Source of the DNA: Chrysemys picta bellii
Taxonomy: Eukaryota
Assembly (NCBI RefSeq): GCF_011386835.1
Contig: NC_088810.1
Location: 930,447 to 994,000, forward strand
DNA length: 63,554 bases
Direction of reading: 5' to 3'
Position numbers and translations under genes: made by a program. The notes beneath the pieces were generated by a model. The model was not told the origin of the DNA. It made no database searches and saw nothing but the letters and a program-made list of their open reading frames with translations. Positions 21,370 through 51,049 of the stretch are shown in pieces. Numbering within the stretch: position 1 is the first letter of the stretch; every line of letters begins with the position of its first letter.

Positions 21370-21880
21370 AACACTGCCCCGCAGGGAGCACAACTCCCAG
21401 CATGCACCACATCGCCCCCCAGGGCTGTGACCCCTCCCCACAGGCACCATGGCACCCCCCAGGGCCCTGACCCCCCCCCCCACGGGGAGTACAGCTCCCA
21501 GCATGCACCACGGTGCCCACCAGGGCCCTGACCTCCCCTCCACGGAGAGCACAGCTCCCAGCATGCACCACGGCGTCCCCCCAGGGCTGTGACCCCCCCC
21601 CCTCCACAGGGAGCATGGCTCCTAGCAAGCACCACGTCACCCCCCAGGGCTGTGATCCCCTCCCCACAGGCACCACGGCGTCCCCCGGGGCCCTGACCCG
21701 CCCCCACATGGGGAGCACAGCTCCCAGCATGCACCACGGCGCCCCCCAGGGCCCTGACACCCCCCTCCACAGGGAGCACAGCTCCCAGCATGCACCACGG
21801 TGCCCACCAGGGCCCTGACCCCCTCCCCCCCTACACCAGGAGCACGGCTCCCAGCATGCACCACAGCGCCTCCCAGGGCT
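21370..21880. repeat. Minisatellite (about 66 bp) upstream of MEGF8 exon 2
   Basis: gggagcacagctcccagcatgcaccacgg...cagggccctgac repeated. Confidence 0.9.
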
Positions 21881-22455
21881 CTGATGCCCCCCTCAGGCTT
21901 TCATTGATTTCAAGGCCAGAAGGCACCACTGTGCCTGTCTCGTCTGACCCGTCGGAGACCTGCCCCGAATCCCCCCGGGCAGAGCCCCACAGCCGGCCAG
22001 GCGGGACCGTAACGGCCTCAGGGATGGGATCCGTGGTCCAAGGGGCCATTCCCCTCCCTAGGCCCCGTCCGATCGGGTCCCGCTCCCCGTCCCAGCCGGG
22101 GGCGCGTCCGGCCTTTCACTGCCGGAGCAAAGAGCCCCCGACCCCGGGGCCGAGTCCCCCTGACCCTCCCTGGCCCCGCTGAGCGGCGGGAGCTCCTGGC
22201 GGCTCTGGAGCAGGGCTTCGAACCCTCGAATGGTCCTCGGGGCTCTGCTCCAGCCCCTCCCCAGCGTCTCACCAGCCGGACGGAGCGCAGGGCCCAGCTC
22301 CGGGTGTGGGGGCCTCCAGCCCGAGCCCAGAAGGGAGGTCCCCCCCTGGTCCTGCTCGAGGCCCCGTTTGTGCAGCCCGGGAGGGCGCCAGCCCCTGTGG
22401 CACCGCTGGGGGCTCGTGTGCAGCCGGTGCCCCCCACGCCCCACACCTTCGATCA

Positions 22456-22955
22456 NNNNNNNNNNNNNNNNNNNNNNNNNNNNNNNNNNNNNNNNNNNNN
22501 NNNNNNNNNNNNNNNNNNNNNNNNNNNNNNNNNNNNNNNNNNNNNNNNNNNNNNNNNNNNNNNNNNNNNNNNNNNNNNNNNNNNNNNNNNNNNNNNNNNN
22601 NNNNNNNNNNNNNNNNNNNNNNNNNNNNNNNNNNNNNNNNNNNNNNNNNNNNNNNNNNNNNNNNNNNNNNNNNNNNNNNNNNNNNNNNNNNNNNNNNNNN
22701 NNNNNNNNNNNNNNNNNNNNNNNNNNNNNNNNNNNNNNNNNNNNNNNNNNNNNNNNNNNNNNNNNNNNNNNNNNNNNNNNNNNNNNNNNNNNNNNNNNNN
22801 NNNNNNNNNNNNNNNNNNNNNNNNNNNNNNNNNNNNNNNNNNNNNNNNNNNNNNNNNNNNNNNNNNNNNNNNNNNNNNNNNNNNNNNNNNNNNNNNNNNN
22901 NNNNNNNNNNNNNNNNNNNNNNNNNNNNNNNNNNNNNNNNNNNNNNNNNNNNNNN
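22456..22955. other. Assembly gap (500 N)
   Basis: Exactly 500 N; the round size suggests a fixed-length scaffolding placeholder. Confidence 0.99.
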
Positions 22956-23400
22956 TCTAACGAAGTGAGGGGAGAGGGAGTTCGTTGGGACACAGGACTA
23001 GAGAGGGACAGAAGAGGGGAGAGGAGGCCCAGGTGACCCTGTTTCCCTGGAAAGAAGACAATGGACAGAGGTGGGACTTGGGGCCGGGGGTATCAGATGC
23101 CCAGCTGGGAAGCAGGGGGGCTTGGGGCTGGAGAGGGGAAGCAGACAGAGCCCCCCTGGATGCAGGGAGACTGGGATGTGCTGGGCTGAGGGAGGCCAGG
23201 CCTGAGGCCGGAGAGTTTCCTGTGCTGGGTTCAACGCTCAATAAACCCTCCTGTTTCTTGCTGGCTGAGAGTCACTCCGGGCTAGAGAACAGGGCCGGGG
23301 GGGGGGGGGGGGGATTAACCCCTTCGGGGGTGGAGGTCCCGGGGGTCCAGAGCGAGTGGACTCCCTGAGGGGCCCCACGGCAGAGACAGACGTGCTAAGG
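22956..23400. mobile_element. Partial LTR-like repeat, cut by the gap
   Basis: Similar to 10400-10660 (gaggccaggcctgagg, ctcaataaacc). Confidence 0.45.
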
Positions 23401-23499
23401 CTCAGAGAGGTGCGGCTCCAGGAGGTGGAGGGGCCTGACCCCGAGAGAGAGTGGACCCCCGAGAAGGGCTGTCTCACCGAAAGGGGCACCCCCTCCACG

Positions 23500-24330
23500 G
23501 ACCGCACAGGGCCACGAGTGGGCACGATCTGTGAGTCCGTGACGCCCGCAGCACTTTGCCTGGCAGGTGCGGCACGCAGAGCCCGCAGGCCAATCGGTCC
23601 TGAGCTCCTCGACATTTACGTGTAACGCCAGCTCCTCTGGGGACCACGTCCCTTGGACCGCCGTGTACCGCGCTGCCCCCCCGCCGAGCTCGGGGGCACC
23701 GGGAATGAGGGAGACCGAGGGGGTAAACGCTGCACGCTCGGGTCGCTGCACCAGCACAGAGGTCAGAGCCCTTGGTGGGCTCGTGAGTAGCTTGTCCAGG
23801 TGATCTCTGGACGGGGACCAGACGGTTGAGTCACTCCTGGAGGAGCCGCAGCCTGAGCGTCGCTGGGGCCTGGTAGCCGGCGGCAGACCCGGGCCATGGT
23901 GAGGGGGAACACGCAGAGCCCGGCGATGAGCTCCACCGTCGTCCGGACCCTGGCGGGTGGCAGGAAGGCTCAGCACAGGCGAACTCTGTCCTCCGCGCCG
24001 GAACCAATGTTCATTTCCCCTTGTTTATCACCAGGCCAGGGCGTGGCGTGTGGTTTGCCGTACTGCCACCTCGCACTGCCCTGTGACCCGGGGAGGCCCT
24101 TGAGCAGCCGGTCACCGAGCTACGGATAAATGTGAATACCCGACCTCTGAGGTAAGCTGCCACCGCCAACAGGCACTTGGCAAACCCCCTGGGTGCCGTC
24201 GCCAGCGCAAACGGGAACACCGCACTGGCTGTGAGCAGAGCCTGTCGTGAAACGTGAAACGTCGCTATGCGGAAATACGCGTCCTTCAAGTCGAGGGCAG
24301 CGAACCAGTGCCACGGCGACCAGGTGCAAC
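23500..24330 (-). mobile_element. DIRS-like retrotransposon RT/RNase H fragment, decayed
   Basis: WFAALDLKDAYF, FPFALATAPRGFAKCLLAVAAYLR, IHIYP*LGD (degenerate YLDD) and QGTWSPEELALHVNVEELR are typical DIRS RT-RH motifs, with frameshifts. Confidence 0.85.
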
Positions 24331-24505
24331 TTCAACCTCTTGGGATACCTGCTGGGGTCTCCCAGGGCCAGGTGGGTCTGAGATCCCCTTGGCCGCTGGG
24401 CTCAGAAAGTAACGGAAGTAAAACCCCTTGCCCCTGTAGGGTAGAGGAGCTCCCGCCCCCAGAAGGCCCTGGAGCTCCCGGGAGGGTCTGTGGGGGGGCG
24501 GGGGT

Positions 24506-25005
24506 TGTGACGAACTGGGACTGTTCTTACTGTGGTCTTTGAATGCTGAGTGGGGAGTGTTGGCTGGGAAGCAGGGGAGTGTGGCTAGGATGGTCTGCAT
24601 TGGGGGATGGGAGACTGGCCTTGAGGGAAGATACCTGAGCACCTAACACGAGAACAACCCAGGAAGGGGTGAGAGGTCAGGTAACACCTCTGCCCCGGGA
24701 AACTGAACAAAGGCTGTGGGAGGGGTCGCTGAAGGGAGAGTTTCAGGAGCTGGCTGGTGGAATGGAGGGAGCCCAAACGGGGCTCTGACCCCCCAATGGG
24801 GGTGTGGTGCCCCTGGGACCCCAAGATGCACCTAATTGGGGGGGAGTCCTCTTGTCTGCGCCTGCAAGACCTGTCTTGGACTGTGTTCCTGTCGTCTAAA
24901 TGAACCTTCTGCTTTACTGGCTGGCTGCTTTACTGAGTCATGGTGAATCGCAGGAAGCCGGGGGGGGGGGGGGGCAGGGCTGTGTGTCCCCCACACTCCG
25001 TGACA
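24506..25005. mobile_element. Solo LTR
   Basis: tgtgacg...cgtgaca termini, flanked by G-rich 4-5 bp direct repeats; 500 bp. Confidence 0.7.
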
Positions 25006-25701
25006 GGGGGTTAGAAATTACTAACTCTGACCCACAGGCCTGAGGACTCATTGGTGCGCCAGGCAGGCAGGGAAGGGGGCAGGCGGCTGGAGAAGCGGGG
25101 GGAAGCAGGACCCAGGACACCGACTGGAAGGCCGCCTTCGGGCTCGCCCCGATGGAGCTGGACTGGGCCGAGCCCGAGGGCTGCTGGCTCTGACGGCGCT
25201 TGTCGGCTTTGCTCCGGGCTCCGTGCTGGGCTGGCTGCCGAAGCCCGTCCAGCTGTGTACGTGGCGTCCGTGTGCTCCGCAAACAGGCCCGGCCCGGCCC
25301 CAGGCGAAGGCCCGACTGGGACGAACATCGAAGGGAAATGATCAAACAACCGAGTAGCTGCAGAGGTGAAGTTCACCCCGAACGGATCTGGACAAGGAGT
25401 TTTGCCGAGCAGGGAACCGTCCAGCACCGGCACTGGAACCGAGGGTGGGAGGAGCCGGCGGTGCCCCCTTATACCGCGCCGTGCGGGAGCCGCTCCAGGG
25501 GGCGCCAGATCCAGGAAACTCCCGGCACCGGCACGTGGCGAGCACAGCCCTAACGTGCGTGGGCAGGAGCAGCCACTCGACGAACACGGCGTGCGCGTGC
25601 ACCTGGGAGGGTTGGAGTGCTGGCGGGGGGCACCGGGGGCTCACCAGGAACACGGCGTGTGCATGCAGGTGGGCGGGGTCGTGGGGGGCACCAGGGGCTC
25701 A

Positions 25702-46011
<20,310 letters not shown>

Positions 46012-46109
46012 GTCAGCCCGCCCGGTCCAGCAGCCGGCTCGCCCCTGCGCGCTGCGATTCAAGACACAGCCCCCCCGCCCCACCACCATGCCGGGCTGGT
46101 GCAGAGCCG

Positions 46110-47340
46110 GGCTGGCAGGGACTGCCCCCCGGCCCCCCCAAACCCAGCCCCCCGCACCCACCCCCCAGCCAGGGACTGCCCCCCGGCCCCCCCAAACCCA
46201 GCCCCCCGCACCCACCCCCCTGCCAGGGACTGCCCCCCGGCCCCCCCAAACCCAGCCCCCCGCACCCACCCCCCTGCCAGGGACTGCCCCCCGGCCCCCC
46301 CAAACCCAGCCCCCCGCACCCACCCCCCAGCCAGGGACTGCCCCCCGGCCCCCCCGCACCCACCCCCCAGCCAGCGACTGCCCCCCGGCCCCCCCAAACC
46401 CGGCCCCCCCGCACCCACCCCGCAGCCAGAGACTGCCCCCCAGCTCCCCCAAAACCACCCCCAGCCAGAGATTGCCCCCCCAAACCCGCCCCCAGCCCCC
46501 CCGCACCCTCCCCAGCCAGGGACTGCCCCCCGGCCCCCCCAAACCCAGCCCCCCCACACCCACCCCCCAGCCAGGGACTGCCCCCCGGCCCCCCCAAACC
46601 CAGCCCCCCCGCACCTACCCCCCATCCAGGGACTGCCCCCCAGCAACCACCCCCAGCCAGCGACTGTCACCCCAGCCCCCCCAAAACCACCCCCAGCCAG
46701 GGACTGCCTCCCCACACCCCGAGCCCCCCCAAACCCAGTCCCCTGCATCCCCTGCCCCCCCCACACCCTCTGCCCCCAGCCAGGGACTGCCTCCCAAACC
46801 CACCAGCCCCGCACTCAGCACCCAGCCCCCCCCAGCCAGGGGCTGCCCCCACAAACCCACACCCGCCCCTCCAGCAGCCACCCCCCAGCCAGGGACTGCC
46901 CCCCGCATCCCCTGCCCCCCCAGCCAGGGACTGCCCCCCCACACCCATACCGGGCTGGTGCAGACTCTGGCTGGCAGGGACCACCCCCCCCCCGCACCCA
47001 GGGACTGCCCCCCCACACCCTGCCCCCCTCTCAGGGACTGCCCCCCTGCACCCAGCCCCCCACCCAATGACTGCCCCACAGCCCCTCCCCAGACTGTCCC
47101 CCCACAGTCAGGCAATGCCCCCATCACCCAACCTCCCTGGGACTGTCCCCCCAGTATCCAGCCCCCCCAATACTGGGCGCACCCCTGCCCTGCAGAGACA
47201 AGGTGCCCTCTCCAGAGCAGAACGGCCCCGGAAAGGACCACCCCTCAGCCCCCCCTCCCCCCCCACACCCAGCCCTCCCAGGACTGCTCCCCATCACCCA
47301 ACCTCCCCCCACCCAGGCACTGCACCCAGCTACACCCACA
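46110..47340. repeat. C-rich minisatellite (about 55 bp) just upstream of the TMEM145 start
   Basis: cagccagggactgccccccggccccccaaacccagccccccgcacccacc repeated. Confidence 0.92.
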
Positions 47341-47592
47341 TCTGCAGCCCCCCCCAATGTCTGCCTGACACAAAGCCACCGGCCCTGTGCTACACCCCCA
47401 GCTTGGGAACATGCCGGACCCCCAGGGATCCCCCCCTTCCCTTGGGGAGACCCCACGCCTCCAAGCCGGGCTCCTGGGGGTGTTGTGCCCGTGGCAGGGA
47501 CGCCGGGCAGCGTCTGCAGCACTCGGGTCCCTCGGGCCCTGGCCGTGGCCTGGGGGCCCTGAGCCAGGCGCGCTGACACTGGGAAGGTCAAT

Positions 47593-49367
47593 TAGGGTCA
47601 CCAACTTTCTACTCCCACAAAACCGAACACCCATGCCCCGCCCCTTCTCGAGGCCCCGCCCCCCACTCACTCCACCCCCCCCCCTCTGTTGCTCGCTCTC
47701 CCCACCCTCACTCACTCGCTCGCTCATTTTCCCAGGCTGGCTCAGGGGGTTGGGGGTGGGGGGAGGTGAGGGCTCCGGCAGGGGTGCAGGCTCTGATGTG
47801 GGGCCAGGGATGAGGGATTTGGGGTGCAGGAGGGTGCTCTGGGCTGGGATTGAGGGGTTCAGAGGGCAGGAGGAGGATCAGGGCTGGGGCAGGGGGTTGG
47901 GGCACAGGGGGGTGAGTGCCCTGGTTGGGGGTAAAGACTGGGGTAGGGCTGTGGATGAGAGGTTTGGGGTGCAGGAGGGTGCTCCGGGCTGGGATCGAGG
48001 GGTTCGGAGGCCGGGAGGGGGATCAGGGCTGGGGCAGGGGGCTGGGGTGCAGGAGGGTGCTCCGGGCTGGGATCGAGGGGTTCGGAGGCTGGGAGAGGGA
48101 TCAGGGCTGGGGCAGGGGGCTGGGGTGCAGGAGGGTGCTCCGGGCTGGGATCGAGGGGTTCGGAGGCCGGGAGGGGGATCAGGGCTGGGGCAGGGGGTTG
48201 GGGTGCAGGAGGGTGCTCCGGGCTGGGATCGAGGGGTTCGGAGGTCGGGAGGGGGATCAGGGCTGGGGCAGGGGGTTGGGGTGCAGGAGGGTGCTCCGGG
48301 CTGGGATCAAGGGGTTCGGAGGCCGGGAGGGGGATCAGGGCTGGGGCAGGGGGTTGGGGTGCAGGGAGGTTGCTCAGGGCTGGGATCGAGGGGTTCGGAG
48401 GTCGGGAGGGGGATCAGGGCTGGGGCAGGGGGTTGGGGTGCAGGAGGGTGCTCCGGGCTGGGATCAAGGGGTTCGGAGGCCGGGAGGGGGATCAGGGCTG
48501 GGGCAGGGGGTTGGGGTGCAGGGAGGTTGCTCAGGGCTGGGATCGAGGGGTTCGGAGGCTGGGAGAGGGATCAGGGCTGGGGCAGGGGGCTGGGGTGCAG
48601 GAGGGTGCTCCGGGCTGGGATTGAGGGGTTCGGAGGACGGGAGGGGGATCAGGGCTGGGGCAGGGGGTTGGGGTGCAGGAGGGTGCTCCGGGCTGGGATT
48701 GAGGAGTTCAGAGGACAGGAGGGGGATCAGGGCTGGGGCAGGGGGCTGGGGTGCAGGAGGGTGCTCCGGGCTGGGATCGAGGGGTTCGGAGGCTGGGAGG
48801 GGGATCAGGGCTGGGGCAGGGGGCTGGGGTGCAGGAGGGTGCTCCGGGCTGGGATTGAGGGGTTTGGAGGACGGGAGGGGGATCAGGGCTGGGGCAGGGG
48901 GCTGGGGTGCAGGAGGGTGCTCCGGGCTGGGATCGAGGGGTTCGGAGGACGGGAGGGGGATCAGGGCTGGGGCAGGGGGCTGGGGTGCAGGAGGGTGCTC
49001 CGGGCTGGGATCGAGGGGTTCAGAGGACAGGAGGGGGATCAGGGCTGGGGCAGGGGTGCAGGCTCCAGGGGGCACTTACCTCAAGCAGCTCCTGGCTCCT
49101 ACGTGGAGGCGCGGCCAGGCGGCTCTGCGCGCTGCCCCATCTGCAGGCACCGCCCCTGCAGCTCCCAGGCTGTGGTTCCTGGCCAATGGGACCTGCAGGG
49201 GTGGCACTTGGGGCGGGGGCAGCATTCAGAGCCCCCTGGCTACCCCTACGTGTCGGAGCCGGAGGGGGAACATGCCGGGTGCTGCGCGGTGACGCCAACC
49301 AGACAGTCAAGGGCCCGGTCAGCAGTGCAGGGGGTTCCGGTCAAAAACCGGACATCTGGTCACCCGA
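47593..49367. mobile_element. Non-autonomous hAT element with an internal tandem array of about 68 bp (47790-49050)
   Basis: Imperfect TIRs tagggtcacca and tggtcacccga; 8-bp flanks aggtcaat/cggtcaat. Confidence 0.65.
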
Positions 49368-51049
49368 CGGTCAATGCAGAGTCCGGCCTGGTCAGCCAGA
49401 GCCCGGCCAACTTGCCACGACCCCACGGTCAGGCTCCGTGTGTCTGATCTCCGCGGTCAGATCCCAGGACCCCCCCACCTCTCTCAGGCCTCGGGCTCAG
49501 CCAGGGGCTGGCATCCTCTCTTGATCTGGGTCGGGTGCAGCCAGTTCCTTAAGGCCCCTTCACTTCCCCCATGTCTGTGAGTCTGGCCCGAGCGCAGACG
49601 GAACCCCTCTCCCCGGCTGGGCAGCCGTGCAGGGGAAACTGAGGCACACCCAGCACTCAAAAATACGACAGAAAATTCCCACTTTGTTCCCCCCGCCCCC
49701 GAATCAGCCGCTGTGGGGGCAGGTGGCCCCTGCACACGGGCTGCGGTTTGCCTGCCTGCAGCGTGCTGGGTCCTGTCAGCGGAATCGCAGGGCCCCGCAA
49801 AGGAGAAGTGAAAGGGGCCTCAGCTGGATTCCCTCGGCCTGCTCCCGGGACGCATCACCCCTCCAAACAGGCGCTACCTGGCCCCCTGCGAGATGGCAAG
49901 GGAGGAGTGGGCCTTGGCTCTGGAGCCGTGGGGCCCACCGCAGCAGGGAGCGGGTGTGGGGGAGGAAGCTCTCCCAGGGGCAAACGCACGTGCCAGATCC
50001 CCTCTTCTGTCTGTGCCCCAGACACTGCTCTATCGAGTGCTTCCTCTCTCCCTCAGTCCCGGCAACAACCGTCCCCTCCCAGAGCCAGGGAGAGAACCCA
50101 GGAGTCCTGGCCCCCAGCTCCGCCTGCTCTAACCCACCAGACCCCACTGCCCTCCACAGCCAGGAGAGAATCCAGGAGTCCTGCCCCCTTGCTGTGGGCC
50201 TTTCTGCAGCAGTTGTCCCTAGCTCTGTGCAGCTGTAACCCCACTGAGTGTCCGCCCAAAATGTGACTGAAAATGATACTCCCAAGCACTTCCTCATTCA
50301 AAGTCTCAGACGCCTCCTTGGCAAAACTCCCAGCACCCCTCACTGCCTCCTCCAGCAAGGAAGAGAGACGGACCGTGCCTTGGAGCTCAGCTCAGAGCCT
50401 GCCGGGATCCTGAGCGATTCCCCATCCCTGCGCCGGGACACACCAGGTGAGAACCATCCCCCAGTGGTACCACAAACCACCCAGGGCTGCTGGGAATAAG
50501 ACAGGAATTTGCAATGGGGTGCAGCTACATACAAGGCCAGGGCTAGAACCCAGCAGTCCTGAGTCCCAGTCCAGCCCCCCTGCTGTAACCCACAAGATCA
50601 CATTCCTCTCCCAGAGCTGGTGAGAGAACCCAGCAGTCCTGGCTCCTCCCCCCCTCTAACTACCAGCCCCCATTCCCCTTCCAAAGCTGGGGCAAGAACC
50701 CAGGAGTCCTGGCTCCCAGCCCCCCCTCCCCTTCCAAAGCTGGGGCAAGAACCCAGGAGTCCTGGCTCCCAGCCCCCCCTCCCCTTCCAAAGCTGGGGCA
50801 AGAACCCAGGAGTCCTGGCTCCCAGCCCCCACTAATCCAGCAGACCCCGCTCCCCTCCTAGAGCCAGGATAGATGCCAAGACCCTGCCCCCCACCCCAAG
50901 GCAGTCCTCATTCAGTCTCTGAGGCCCCCCGAGGCCCTGTGCTCAGCTCTGCCCTTCTGCCCCAGGCGGTTCAGAGCAGAGGCTCATACCGACCCTCTGG
51001 TTCTAGGTCTGTGCCAGTGTGGAGAGCCCCCAGTCCCCGGGGAGGCAGG

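Noticed and set aside
21890-22060. GQVSDGSDETG as MEGF8 exon 1 (GFVTDG-like)
   Set aside because: It lacks the following NYSVNGNCEWLI motif, a signal peptide and a phase-1 donor.
47387-49447. 686-aa and overlapping Gly/Arg-rich ORFs
   Set aside because: They are translations of the approximately 68-bp tandem array inside a hAT element; open in several frames only because the unit lacks stops.
50873-51049. 59-aa N-terminal extension of the TLR21 ORF
   Set aside because: The signal peptide starts at ATG 51050, and an acceptor ending at 51006 indicates the upstream part is intronic.
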